Source: Eledone cirrhosa
Lineage: Eukaryota
NCBI GenBank assembly: GCA_964016885.1
Contig: CAXHJY010000621.1
Span: 1 to 51,344, forward strand
Length of the DNA: 51,344 nt
Direction: 5' to 3'
The notes beneath the pieces are model-generated. The model had not been told where the DNA came from and made no database searches. It saw only the letters and a list, made by a program, of their open reading frames with translations. Positions 13,670 through 29,034 of this stretch are shown here, piece by piece (position 1 is the stretch's first letter; the number at the start of each line of letters is the position of its first letter). Position numbers and translations under genes: made by a program.

Positions 13670-13883
13670 TTAGAGTGGCGACCATGATGGAGGTGAGTGG
13701 TGGTGGTGGTGGTGGTGATGATGGTTTTGGAGGTTTACAGTGGTGGCCATGATGGAGGTGATTGTAGTAATTGAGATGACAGTGTAGTTTGATGATGGTT
13801 TGGATAGCGGTGGCCATGATGGAGGTGATGGTGATATTGGAGGTGGTATTGGTTTGAGGTGGGGGGAGTCACCAACGGGGAAA
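13670..13883 (-). CDS. Candidate terminal exon of an unidentified minus-strand gene (Pro/His-rich low complexity)
   Basis: Strong acceptor TTTTTTGCCTTGTCTTTTCTTTTTGGCAAACTGTTGCAG at 13884. Open in phase 1 (SPLVTPPTSNQYHLQYHHH...PPL*, stop 13735) and phase 2 (FPVGDSPHLKPIPPP...SPL*, stop 13670). No homology recognised. Confidence 0.3.
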
Positions 13884-14041
13884 CTGCAACAGTTTGCCAA
13901 AAAGAAAAGACAAGGCAAAAAACAAAATAATAATATAAATAATATAAATAAAAGTGATTAGCTGAGAATCTGTCAGTCATTATTATAAATATAAGAAGGT
14001 AAGATTGGTTTAAAGGAATCTATTGGTAGAGCTAATGAAAG

Positions 14042-14142
<101 letters not shown>

Positions 14143-14631
14143 GACTGTGTGTGTTAGACTGTGTGTGTTAGACTGTGTGTGTGTGTGTGTGTGTAAGAGA
14201 GAGTGGGGGTGGAGAGAGAGAAAACGAGACTATGTGTGTGTGAGAGAGAGAGGCTGTGTGAGAGAAAGAAAAAGAGATGGAGAGATGAAAAAAAAACCCC
14301 AAAGAAATAAATAAAAATATTACATCTAATTGCATTAGGTTGGCAGACGATAATCTGATGTAGCCATTAAAGGGATGTACTGGCAAAATGGTTTCAAATG
14401 CGAGAAGAGAGAAGAGAAGAGTTGAAACGAAAGGATGGAAGAGAATGTAATGTGGAGGTTGGAGTTGTTGGGTGGAGAATAGGGGGGGGGGGTAGAAAAG
14501 ACAAAAAGAAAAAGAATGTTCGTGAAAGTAATTCGTTGCTGTTAAAACACTTCAAGTGAATTAGTAGTAACAAACTCTGTAATAATGATGAATGGTCTCT
14601 GGTCGGCAGATACGGCTTCTTGGATTGGAAA

Positions 14632-14699
<68 letters not shown>

Positions 14700-15446
14700 T
14701 ATATATATATATATATGAGAGAGAGATAGACAGATAGGTAAAGACATATAGAGAGAAGGATATATATATATATATATAAGTGAGAGAGAGAGAGATATAT
14801 AGAGAGAAGTAGAATGAAACAAAGACATGACAGGAGAAGGAGGAGGAGGAGGGAGAGTGAATACATAGTGAAAGAGGGAGTGAAAAGAGTGAGAGAGAGA
14901 GAGAGAAGTGGGCAACGAGAGCCAAAAGAGACAAATACAATAAAACACACAAGAGAAAGACAGAGAAAGCAACATAGAAAAAGAGATAGAGAGAGAGAGA
15001 TGGCGAAAGAGAAAGATGGAAAGAGAGAAAGACAGAGAAAAAGAGAAAGAAAGTAAAGTAGCGGTGCTGATGGAGGTGATGGTGGTGGTGGAGGTGAATA
15101 TGGGTGGAGGGATTTATTGGAGAACATAGAGAAAAACGTAAGAGTGAATTGACAGGAATAGCATTTTTGTCAATTAGACATGATGACTAATAAATATACT
15201 ATTGGTTGGATATAGTTTAGGCAGGCCATAGATCTATGTATCAATCAGTGGACAGATTACTAGAGTTATGCTTAACTGCTAGCCTAACTATGTGTGACAT
15301 GTGGACAATTATTAGAATGGCGAGCAGTTTGCAAAAATGAGAATTGGTGTAAATGAACGGAGAAATAAATGTTGAAAGGTAAATGATAGTTTTAAAGCAG
15401 GGAGGAAAATGGCGGCTAAATCTAAAGCTGAATGGCTGTGTGTGTG

Positions 15447-15559
<113 letters not shown>

Positions 15560-16556
15560 GTGTGTGTGTGTCTCTCTCTCTCTGTGTTTGTCTCTCTCTG
15601 TGTCTCTGAGTGTGTGTGTGTGTTTGTTTGTATGTGTGTCTTTGTGAGCGTGTGAAAGATATCTGTGGTAAATTGTGTGTATGTATGTGTGTGTGTTGGT
15701 GTGTGAAAGATATGTTGTAAATTGTGTGTATGTATAATATATCTCTGGTAAATTATGTGTGTGTGTGTGTCTGAAATATATCTGTTGTGATATATTTCAC
15801 GCGAGCAAGTTTTTGTGTGTGAGTGCGTGAGTTCGTGTATGAATGATGTGTATTGGAATGTGGTGGAATGTGTGTAGGGGTATTTGTGGTGAAGTATGTG
15901 TATGAGGAAGAATTATATCTAATCTACGATATGTATATGTGGGGGGGGGGGGGATTTGTAGTAAAACATACCTGTGTATATGAATTGTGTATATGGAAGT
16001 TATACCTGCGTTGAAGTATGTGTGTGGTAGTGGTGGGTGAAATGTGTGTGGTCTGTATAAATTGTATGAATTATGTGTATGAGGAAGAGTTATACCTGCG
16101 GTGAAGTGTGTATATGAGTGTTCGTATGGATTTGGGGTGAAGTGTGTGTGTTTGCAGGAATTAAATCTGCGTTGGAGTATGTGTGTGTGTTAGACATAGT
16201 AGACAAGTGGATATGTTGAAGTACCAATTCATTGGTGTAGAATTTGTATCTCCTGTCGACACTTCGTTGAGTCAGGGGTCAAGGAAAACCTTTTATTTTC
16301 AATTTTCGTCAGTTTACCCCGAGCTGAGTTACAAGATAGACTGACAAACTTTCGCAAGATAGCTTCAATCTTAGTCGGTATAACCTTGATACGGACATCA
16401 ATACTCATCCTATTCCATTTCTCAGAGGGTTTTAAACCCCATCAGGCTAAAATGTCTTTAGTCCAAACTACAGCGAAAGCTTCTATTCTACTAAATTTCA
16501 AACTTTGCTTGCAGTTTCAAAACAAACTTACTTACTTACCCCCTTCTCTCTCCCTC

Positions 16557-16690
<134 letters not shown>

Positions 16691-16711
16691 AAACATACAT
16701 ATATATATATA

Positions 16712-17043
<332 letters not shown>

Positions 17044-17529
17044 CCACCAATTTTAAAGAGTTTTTATGAAATTCTTACATCATAATTTGATCAAAGAATA
17101 TTTTATGTTATGATGCAATTACGATCTACGATCTTAATAATGATATACTTAATTTTAGTAAAATCCGGCAAAGTTTGTATTAATTACTCTCGGATCCCAA
17201 ATAATAGAGAGCTGGGTGGAATAAGCCCGGGGTAGGGATGGGTGTGGAAAATCAGTAATTTTTCTAGGTTGTCTCCGTTGATTTTTTTTTTAAACCAGAA
17301 ATAGTCGTTTAGTTTACATATTGAGACCCCAACTTTACCTATTTGTCTGATAACGTATGGTATTTCTAGTAATGTACGCATTTTGTTGTTGTTGTTTGTC
17401 ATGTATAATGTTTTTTTAATGTATAACGAAAATGTATTGTCGCAGGAATACTAACTGCGACTTAAAATAAAATTTCGCCGGAGATAGATTAGCAGCAGAC
17501 CGGAGAGTAATAGAATTGTATATAACATA

Positions 17530-17702
17530 ATTGTTTCTACTGTTGGCACAAGACCAGCAATTATCCCAGTGTATTACTGGTACTTTATTTTACATGCCTC
17601 ATAAGGATGAAAGGTAAAGTTAACCTCGGCGAGATTTGAACTCAGATCTTTACTGCAAAGCATGGTGTCCGACCCTCTACCGATACTGCCAATCCACCGC
17701 CA
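17530..17702 (-). mobile_element. tRNA-derived SINE (family S2)
   Basis: Near-full copy: minus-strand head GGCGGTGGATTGGCAGTATCGGTAGAG, B-box GTTCAAATCT. Partial copies at about 1600-1690 (+), 2420-2465 (-), 43300-43355 (-) and 50603-50670 (+). Confidence 0.8.
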
Positions 17703-17791
17703 TTGTATATAATATAAATACAGTGGATGTATTTGAAATATAATTGAAATACATTAGAAATACGATAAGGAAAACGTCCCAAAATGTGAAA

Positions 17792-19451
17792 GTGGCGGTG
17801 ACCACTGTAACCTTAGATATAGAGAGAGGCAGGTCTTTAATGCTAGATCTGTTAAGTGGCGGTGACCTCTGTAGTGTTAGATATAGAGAGAGGCAGGTCT
17901 TTAATGCTAGATCTGTTAAGTGGCGGTGACCTCTGTAGCGTTAGATATAGAGAGAGGCAGGTCTTTAATGCTAGATCTGTTAAGTGGCGGTGACCTCTGT
18001 AGTGTTAGATATAGAGAGAGGCAGGTCTTTAATGCTAGATCTGTTAAGTGGCGGTGACCTCTGTAGCGTTAGATATAGAGAGAGGCAGGTCTTTAATGCT
18101 AGATCTGTTAAGTGGCGGTAACCTCTGTAGTGTTAGATATAGAGAGAGGCAGGTCTTTAATGCTAGATCTGTTAAGTGGCGGTGACCTCTGTAGTGTTAG
18201 ATATAGAGAGAGGCAGGTCTTTAATGCTAGATCTGTTAAGTGGCGGTGACCTCTGTAGTGTTAGATATAGAGAGAGGCAGGTCTTTAATGCTAGATCTGT
18301 TAAGTGGCGGTGACCTCTGTAGTGTTAGATATAGAGAGAGGCAGGTCTTTAATGCTAGATCTGTTAAGTGGCGGTGACCTCTGTAGTGTTAGATATAGAG
18401 AGGCAGGTCTTTAATGCTAGATCTGTTAAGTGGCGGTGACCTCTGTAGTGTTAGATATAGAGAGAGGCAGGTCTTTAATGCTAGATCTGTTAAGTGGCGG
18501 TAACCTCTGTAGTGTTAGATAAAGAGAGAGGCAGGTCTTTAATGCTAGATCTGTTAAGTGGCGGTAACCTCTGTAGTGTTAGATAAAGAGAGAGGCAGGT
18601 CTTTAATGCTAGATCTGTTAAGTGGCGGTAACCTCTGTAGTGTTAGATATAGAGAGAGGCAGGTCTTTAATGCTAGATCTGTTAAGTGGCGGTAACCTCT
18701 GTAGTGTTAGATAAAGAGAGAGGCAGGTCTTTAATGCTAGATCTGTTAAGTGGCGGTAACCTCTGTAGTGTTAGATAAAGAGAGAGGCAGGTCTTTAATG
18801 CTAGATCTGTTAAGTGGCGGTAACCTCTGTAGTGTTAGATAAAGAGAGAGGCAGGTCTTTAATGCTAGATCTGTTAAGTGGCGGTGACCTCTGTAGTGTT
18901 AGATAAAGAGAGAGGCGGGTCTTTAATGCTAGGTCTGTTAAGTGGCGGTGACCTCTGTAGTGTTAGATATAGAGAGAGGCAGGTCTTTAATGCTAGATCT
19001 GTTAAGTGGCGGTGACCTCTGTAGTGTTAGATATAGAGAGAGGCAGGTCTTTAATGCTAGATCTGTTAAGTGGCGGTGACCTCTGTAGTGTTAGATATAG
19101 AGAGAGGCAGGTCTTTAATGCTAGATCTGTTAAGTGGCGGTGACCTCTGTAGTGTTAGATATAGAGAGAGGCAGGTCTTTAATGCTAGATCTGTTAAGTG
19201 GCGGTGACCTCTGTAGTGTTAGATATAGAGAGAGGCAGGTCTTTAATGCTAGATCTGTTAAGTGGCGGTGACCTCTGTAGTGTTAGATATAGAGAGAGGC
19301 AGGTCTTTAATGCTAGATCTGTTAAGTGGCGGTGACCACTGTAACCTTAGATATAGAGAGAGGCAGGTCTTTAATGCTAGATCTGTTAAGTGGCGGTGAC
19401 CTCTGTAGTGTTAGATATATAGAGAGGCAGGTCTTTAATGCTAGATCTGTT
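17792..19451 (+). repeat. Tandem satellite, 26 x 64-bp unit
   Basis: Unit GTGGCGGTGACCTCTGTAGTGTTAGATATAGAGAGAGGCAGGTCTTTAATGCTAGATCTGTTAA. The array is 1660 bp with one 62-bp unit and near-identical copies, with no spacers. Confidence 0.97.
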
Positions 19452-21896
19452 CAATCACGGCTAATATGGGACTCAACAACAAAACACATTCAAAGAAATT
19501 TTACAACCTAAATGAGGGGTCAGTGAGTAAATTCCTGGAGGAAATACGAAGATTTTAGGGTTGAGTTCTGTGAGTGTTTAAGGAATTTAGTAATTTGGTG
19601 ATCTCTAAATAATGATCTATTGACCAAAAACTATAGGAATATGATAAATGTCGCTTTAGTGGAATTCTGGATAAGGTTGACTAAAGTACGTTGGGTTGAA
19701 CTAGGTACATCATTGAAAGGACTAGATGGTGGTGGTGGTGGTGGTGGTGGTGGTGGTGGCGGTGGTGGTGATGATAGTGATGGTGACAGTGGTGATAGTG
19801 ATGGTGATGATGGTGGTGGTGGTGGAGGTGGTGGTGGTGGTGGTGGTGGTGGTGGTGGTGGCAGTGGTGGTGATGATAGTGATGGTGACAGTGGTGATAG
19901 TGATGGTGATGATGGTGGAGGTGGTGGTGGTGGTGGTGGTGGTGGTGGTGGTGGCAGTGGTGGTGATGATAGTGATGGTGACAGTGGTGATAGTGATGGT
20001 GATGATGGCGGTGGTGGTGGTAGTGGTGATGATGGTGGTGGTGGGAGTGGTGGTGATGAAAGTAATGATGATGATAGTGATGGTGATGATGACTGCGATG
20101 ATGTTGGTGATGATGATGATTGTAATCGTCATGATCACAATAAAGATCGTGATATCGATTAATTGATAGGAAGAAGAAAAAAAGAAAATTAAAAAAGAAA
20201 ATGAAAAGACAAGATGTAGAAAGAACAGAATTGAGAGAGATAGACAGGGATAGAGAGGGGGGGTAGGGGGGTAGATAGAGATAGACAGGGATAGAGAGAG
20301 AGAGAGGGAGAGAGGGGTAGATAGAGAGATAGACAGGGAGAGAGAGAGAGAGAGAGAGAGGGGGAGGGGTATATAGAGAGATAGACAGGGAGAGAGAGAG
20401 AGAGGGAGGGGTAGATAGAGAGAGGAAGAGAGAGAGAAATAAGGAGAGATAGGGGGTGGAAATTAAAGGAAGTGGAAGGGACTGGAAGGGTGGGGAGACT
20501 TGTGAAGGAAGAGAAGGGGGGAAGGAGCGAAAAATAGGAAAGAAGTTGGTGGGGGATAAAGGAGAAATGAAAGCAGGAACGAGGGCGAAAGAGACGAAGG
20601 AAGGGGTGGAGGGTAAGAAAAGAAGGGAAAGAGAGAGGGAAGGAAGACAAGAAGGGGGACGAAGAAGAGACGGAGGGGGGGGGGGGGTTTAGGAGATATA
20701 AGAAAAGAAGGAAAAGAGATAGATGGAAGAAGAAGAATGGAGATGAAAGAGGCGAAGAAGGGAAAGAGATGGAAAGAAAAGAGGCGAGGATGAAAGAGAT
20801 GGAGGGAAAGAGAGAGAAATGGAAGGAGAAGAAGGATGAGGAAGAAGATAAATGAAGAAGGATGAGGAAGATAAATGAAGAAGATGAAGAAGACGGTCAA
20901 GAAGATGACCAATGAGGTTTTACCAATAATTCCGATACCATTTGTCTGCTACTGCCACCATTATTGCTTCTCATTACCAAACTAAAGCTAATTACTGCAA
21001 GGTTACGGAAATTTTAATGAGAAATTATATTTTATTTTAGTAGTTATTATTGTTGTTGTTTTTATTGTTGTTTTTATTGTTGATTTTATTGTTGTTTTTG
21101 TTGTCGTTGTTTTTGTTATTGTTATTGTTGTCGTTGTTTCTTCAATTTTATTTCTTACCCTCCTCCCCCCACTTGTACTTTAATTTCTTCTTCTTCTTCT
21201 TCTTCTTCTTCTTCTTCTTCTTCTTCTTCTTCTTCTTCTTCTTCTTCTTCTTCTATCGATGTTGTTGGACGACGTCGTCGTGTTTGTTGTTTTTGTTTTT
21301 CTGTAGTCATAATGTTGTTGTTGTGGTTGTTGTCTTTGTCGCCGTCTCATGGTTGTTGTTGTTGTTGTTGTTGTATTAACGTTGTTATAATTCTATTATA
21401 GTTGTTGGTGACGGCGGCGGTGATTGTGGTGGTTTTTGTTGTGGCGGCGGTGGTAGTAGTTGTGGTGGTGGTGGTGGTGGTGGTGGTAGTGGTAGTTGTG
21501 GTGGTGGGGTGGTGGTAGTTGTGGCGGTGGTAGTTGTGGTGGTGGGGTGGTGGTAGTTGTGGTGGTGGTTGTTGTGGTGGTGGTGGTGGTAGTTGTGGTG
21601 GTGGGGTGGTGGTAGTTGTGGTGGTGGTGGTGGTAGTTGTGGTGGTGGTAGTTGTGGTGGTATGGTGGTGGTAGTTGTGGTGGTGGTGGTGGTGGTGTTA
21701 GTTGTGGTGGTGGTGGTAGTTGTGGTGGTGGTGGTGGTAGTTGTAGTGGTGGTGGTGGTGGTAGTTGCTTGGTTAGGTGATATTGGGGTGGGGAAGAACA
21801 CAATGCAAAAATCTAAGACAGAATATTACAAAAGAAAACAATAACAACAAAAGAACAGAAATGAAACACATTGTGTGTGTGTGTGTGTGTGTATGT

Positions 21897-21938
<42 letters not shown>

Positions 21939-22256
21939 TTGTGTATATGTATGATTGTGTTGTCTTCATGTGTATGTATGTATATGTATGATTCTGTATA
22001 TGTTTGTATGTATGTATATATGTATGTCTACGCCTTCATGTGTATGTATGTATGAGTTTCAGTAAATGTGTATATATATACGGGTCATATGTATATATGT
22101 CTGTGTATGTTTGTGTTCGCACACAGTATGTGTGTGTGTGGTGGTAAGGTAAGGTAGTGACTGTCTGGTTTAATCAATCTGAGGTGAGCTTTAACTCCAT
22201 TGATAATTAATTGCAGCGGGTTTTATCGATATATAATATAATATATATATAACTCC

Positions 22257-22319
<63 letters not shown>

Positions 22320-22541
22320 GGGGGTTATTGTTAAAAGACAACAATCTGGGCATCAACGTAAAAACAAGGAGAGAAATGGCGTCGATGAAGACAAGATTGA
22401 CTAGAAAGGAAGAAAACGAAGATAGATCGAAAAGACACAACATGAACGACGTCATTTAAGACAAGAACAATACGGTATGAAAGACAAACACGCGGGAAAG
22501 AAAAGAAGTATCGACATTGGATACAAAATAATATATATATA

Positions 22542-22577
<36 letters not shown>

Positions 22578-22651
22578 TCACACACTATATATATATTATA
22601 TATATACACACACTATATATTATATATATTATATATATATATACACGCACA

Positions 22652-22723
<72 letters not shown>

Positions 22724-22736
22724 CACTATATATACA

Positions 22737-22787
<51 letters not shown>

Positions 22788-22789
<2 letters not shown>

Positions 22790-22940
22790 ATATAGAAAAG
22801 GCTTCTACAGGACTAGAACTGTTTCAATCGGGAGAAATCACCAGGAAACTTGTAGAAGCCTTTTCTATATTAGATATACTCTGCTTTGCATTGAGTACCT
22901 TACTTACTGTGGTTACCCCCGATTGAACCCGGGATAAACT
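22788..22940. mobile_element. Family B hammerhead element in fold-back arrangement (minus-strand ribozyme with core variant CTGGTGA plus plus-strand 3' tail)
   Basis: TATAGAAAAGGCTTCTACA...TGTAGAAGCCTTTTCTATA inverted pair. The 3' tail ending GGTTACCCCCGATTGAACCCGGGATAAAC is the reverse complement of 33350-33430. Flanked by (TA)n. Confidence 0.8.
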
Positions 22941-23373
22941 TATATATATATATATATATATATAATCAAATATACAAAATATATGAAGAAACTAGTTATG
23001 GTTGTTTAGCCTCAGATCAGCTTTGATCGTGTAGACAGATGATCAAAAGCATTCTAGTTTGGCCCATCCAGTTACTTTTACCCTATGTGTACGAAACCTA
23101 GCACCATGTTAACCAACGTGAACGTGTCCTTTTCTGAAATGTAAGACTATTTGTGGGGGAGATTTTACTGGTGTTCCTCAAAGATCAACTAATAAAGGCG
23201 CTTCTTAGGGGCCGGAAGGTCCGTAAATGATAGAGCTAAAGTGTCCTAAAATCCCATCATTTCCAAGAGACACCTTTTGGAGGACGGAGCATAAAACATC
23301 TTAGATAAGAAAGGAAATCAGGTGGAGCTACAGAAAACACGAATAAGGGCTGAAACTATATATATATATATAT

Positions 23374-23662
23374 ATGATTTCCCTCGAATGAAACAGTTCT
23401 AGTCCTGTAGACGCCATTTATATATATATATCATGTTTAATATAGAAATGGCTTCTACTGGGCGAGATCTGTTTAATTCACTCTAATGTATTGAGTATCT
23501 TATTTACTTATCTACGTATCTTATTTACTTATTTACGTATCTTATTTACTTATCTACGTATCTTATTTACTTATCTACGTATCTTATTTACTTATTTACG
23601 TATCTTATTTACTTATCTACGTATCTTATTTACTGCGGTTAGCACCGATTGAACCCGGAACT
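23374..23662. mobile_element. Rearranged family B fragments with an internal 21-bp tandem expansion
   Basis: Plus fragment 23374-23419, minus fragment about 23437-23475, and a plus 3' tail 23480-23662 containing about 6.7 copies of GTATCTTATTTACTTAT(C/T)TAC (23495-23634). Confidence 0.75.
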
Positions 23663-23681
23663 CATATATGTATATACATGA

Positions 23682-23767
<86 letters not shown>

Positions 23768-23837
23768 TGTGTGTGTGTGTATATATATATAGATATTTAT
23801 GTATGTGTGAATATATGTATGTGCGCATATATAAATG

Positions 23838-23888
<51 letters not shown>

Positions 23889-24430
23889 ATACGTATGATG
23901 TACTATACAAAGAGGTGAAGAAATTCTAGAATGTAATCATTTGTAATATGCTCCGATCATATGTTTTTCATGGTCGAAAGGATCTGATAACTGGCAAATG
24001 TGTGGTTCTGCTTCGTGTGAAGGTCCGTACGTCCCTGGTGTGGAGGGGAGATAATCTACACATTATCCCACCCACTTTGTTCTAATAAAACAAAGTAGAT
24101 CTCTTATACTTCTATATTCAGGTTATATTATAGATGGCCTGGCTTGCCTCTCTGAATGACACGATGGAATCATGTATATATACACATGTGTGTGTGTATG
24201 TATATATATATATACAATACATACATAGTGTGCGTATGTATATATGTATATCTATGTATGTTTATGTGTATATATCTGTGTGTGTATATGTGTATGTTTC
24301 TGTATATATCTGTATGTATATATATATATATGTATATATGTGTGTGTGTATCTGTATATATATGTGTATGTATGTATATATGTGTATGTTTACGTGCATA
24401 TATATGTGTGTATATATATGTCTGTATGTT

Positions 24431-24481
<51 letters not shown>

Positions 24482-25153
24482 GAGACGTGAAAGCAAAGCG
24501 ATGGACGGTGATAAAGTCCCTTTGACTGCGACAAACGTGATTCTATTCTGTGTAGAAATAAAGATCTGGCCGAGCAGATAGCCGTAAAAAGAGATCCTTT
24601 AACTGAGTAGGGGTCACAATAAAATGTGGTTTGGGGTCAAAAGACTTCAGTTATCGACCCACTACGGTGTTTTATGGTATTCCTAATTCGATCTTACAAA
24701 CAGTCATACACACCAGATCCGCTTGACGTGGTAATTATATTTATCTAATGTATATATGTGTATGTGTTTATACTCACACATATATGCATGTATACATATA
24801 TGTATATATGTATATATGTATGTACATATATGTATATATGTATACATATATTTATATATGTATGTATACATGTATATGTATGTATGTATATGTGAATATG
24901 TATATATATATATATGTATGTATACATGTATATGTAGGTATGTATATGTGAATATGTATATATATATATGTATGTATACATGTATATGTATGTATGTATA
25001 TGTGAATATGTATATATATGTGTGTGTGTGTCTGTAAGTACATGCTGATGAGTATATTTATATGATTTATCAGATTGCATGTCTGTCTCTTTCTTTGTTT
25101 TATCTTTCTATATACATACGTGTGTGTACTACTTTCATGTAAACGTCTCTCTC

Positions 25154-25349
<196 letters not shown>

Positions 25350-25447
25350 AGCCATTTCTATATTAAAGTTTATATATATATATATAAGTGAGAGATGCGT
25401 GTCGTTACTTACCTAACCGTGTTTGCTTACTCTGACCAGATATTCAA

Positions 25448-25570
<123 letters not shown>

Positions 25571-26580
25571 GAGAGAGAGAGAGCTAAGTAAATTATCCCT
25601 AAACGAAGCTTTAATTTTTGTGTTTTCTTTGTTTATGTTTTTGTTTAAGCATTTTCTAATTATTCTGCATAAATAAATTATAATTTATTAATGCCTTTAT
25701 AATAACGGCCACAAAATGGATGACAAAGGATTAAACGACATTAGAAAGAAGAAAAAAACCCTTCGGAATTGTACAATATTTGTATATTTTAAATGTTTTT
25801 ACGTGTCATATTTACTTTGTTTATTCGTATGTGTATTTTAACAGAGGAAAAAAATAAATATTTGAATAGAATGGCGAGAAAAAACAGTGTGTGTGTGGTG
25901 GAGGGTATCCAAATGCAGTCTACTTATTGCTATGCTAATGACAGCTGGGAAGCCATTGATGACAGTAACAACAGGGATAACTCCAATTGCAAGATGAAAA
26001 GAGTAATATCTGCCAAGTGGATCTTTAAGTGGCACCAATAATTGGTGAATCACAGTTCACACTGACATCTGCTGACGGTTGGTGGGGAGAGAGAGAGAGA
26101 GAGAGCCAAAGAGACAACGAGTTCGATGAGGTGTGGAGTGGGAGATATAGATAGTTTAGAGAGAAAACAGAGGATGCAAGGGGAGAGAAATCGTTCATGA
26201 ATGCCGACCTACTTCTTGGCCTCACTTTCACTGAATCACACACGACTGAAGGCTCAATAACTTTAGAATAATTCCTCTCTCTGAACTATGATGGTTCAAT
26301 TAAAAATGGCGTCGTTATGGTTGCGATCAAAGTGAAGTTGGTGTATTATAATAAAAATAGATTAGATTAATGTAATTCCGTTGGCAACAGAATGAACCAA
26401 GGCCAGGTGAATATACAGGCATGGAGCCTCGCAGTTCAGGAGCCAATACTCCTGAGGAGTTGAAACATACTGAATCTATCCTTAGGCTTGAAGTAAAGGG
26501 ACGCAAAATAGCTATAGGTATATAGAGAAAAAGGATAGATAGATGTATAGGTTAAGATAAATAGGTAGATAGATAGGTGA

Positions 26581-26635
<55 letters not shown>

Positions 26636-27402
26636 TTTAGATTGATACGTATAGGTAGATTGATAAACAGATATATAGGTAGATATTTACATTAGAATAT
26701 AGATAGGAAGATACATTTATCTGAAAACTGATAGATAGAAATACATACACCAGAAGACAGATAGATCGATAGACAAACATCATAATAGAGGTAGATATAT
26801 AGATGTACATTACAATAGAGATAGAGAGATATAGATAGACATATATGAGTAGATAGACAAACAAGCATCAGAAGATAGGTAGAGAGATAGAGAGATAGAT
26901 AGATAGACGTAAATGAGAAGCTAGATAGACAGACATCAGAGGTTAGAGAGATCGATGAAGAGATTAGGCAACAGTAAAGGGTTATATTAGGTAAACAAGT
27001 GAAGTTAAAACGTTGTAAATGAAGACGTGATATATTAAAACGTAGGTTAAATATATCAAGGAAAGCTATCGGAAGGGTATAATGAGTGTATTGGCACATA
27101 AACATAGACACACACATACCCTTACACACACACACACACAAATACATACACACAGAAATACATACACATACACACTGACACATACATACACATACAAAAA
27201 AGGGTATTGAAGAATTAAAAAAAATATATATATAAAAAAAAGGGAGCGGAAGGGGAGAAAAAAAAGTTAATAGACATAAAAAAATGTCAGACAAAACACA
27301 TACACAAAAAAAAACAATAAAAAAAACTAAAAAAAAACTAAATACACAAGAGAAAAACAAGAACAGAGTAACAAGAGATAAAAGAATTGTGCATAGAGCA
27401 GG

Positions 27403-27433
<31 letters not shown>

Positions 27434-27436
27434 TAC

Positions 27437-27468
<32 letters not shown>

Positions 27469-27554
27469 GTGTGTGTGTATATGAGAGCGAGAGAAGCTAG
27501 CCTGGTTAAAGTTCCAAATCCGGATAGAATATGATCAAATGATGAAGTGTATGA

Positions 27555-27690
27555 AGCTATAGTGGCTATAGTAATGGTGGAGGGTATAGTGGCGGTGGAG
27601 GGTATAGTGATGGTGGAGGCTATAGTGGCGGTGGAGGCTATAGTGGCGGTGGAGGCTATAGTGGCGGTGGAGGCTATAGTGGCGGTGGAG
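27555..27690 (+). repeat. 18-bp minisatellite (GCTATAGTGGCGGTGGAG)n
   Basis: About 7 copies with minor variants. Confidence 0.9.
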
Positions 27691-27997
27691 GGGTTCTTTT
27701 TAGAAGTTTACTCTGAAAGTGATGTTGACATATGGTGCAACGCAGCGTGCATCGGATTTATGTTAATTTTTTTCGTTTAGTGTATGTATGTGTGCATACG
27801 TGTATGTAGGTATGTGTGAATGAATGCATGTGTGTGTGCGTGTATGTATGAATGTGTGCATGTGTGTATATCATGTGAGAATATGTGTGTGTGGGCAGTG
27901 TTTTTTTTTTCTTCTAAAATATAAAATGGAAGCCGAATACAAAACGCTTTTTTTGTTTTTACTTTCGTGTTTCTCGCGTAAACACACATACACACAC

Positions 27998-28047
<50 letters not shown>

Positions 28048-28153
28048 AATGTTTTTTCATGCATGAATATCAATGAATGGATATAAAAAATATACGTTTA
28101 AAGCTATATAGGTTTACCCTTCTCACATATACATATATACATACATACATGTA

Positions 28154-28201
<48 letters not shown>

Positions 28202-28369
28202 AATGTGTGTGTGCATATATATATATATCTTATATATAATGTTGTGATGTTACAAACAATATTGACAACGAACACGTAAGAATACTTAGTACATTTAAAT
28301 TCAGATTTTGTAATACTTAAAATGTTTCGCCTTATTAAACTTCATTGTTTACATTCTCTCTCCCTCATC

Positions 28370-28437
<68 letters not shown>

Positions 28438-28526
28438 ACACACATATAACAATGCATATATACATAAAAAGTAGATGTAGACGCACATACAAGCATATCT
28501 TTTCTCTCTCTATCTTTCTCTCTATC

Positions 28527-28634
<108 letters not shown>

Positions 28635-28715
28635 TCTATAACCACACAATTTAGTCTAGTCTCAGGTCTACGTCTGCGGCTTTTCCTATATATTCTTTTT
28701 TTTCTATAAGAAGAA

Positions 28716-28746
<31 letters not shown>

Positions 28747-28747
28747 A

Positions 28748-28852
<105 letters not shown>

Positions 28853-28861
28853 AATATATAA

Positions 28862-28968
<107 letters not shown>

Positions 28969-28969
28969 A

Positions 28970-29034
<65 letters not shown>

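Noticed and set aside
17792-19451. 64-bp array as a CRISPR array or retrozyme
   Set aside because: No unique spacers, no cas genes, eukaryotic context, and no CTGANGA/GAAA core on either strand.
26435-26475. CAGGAG/CTCCTG hairpin and CTGAGGA-GTT-GAAA
   Set aside because: No stem II between the core halves and no cleavage triplet; at most a decayed relic.
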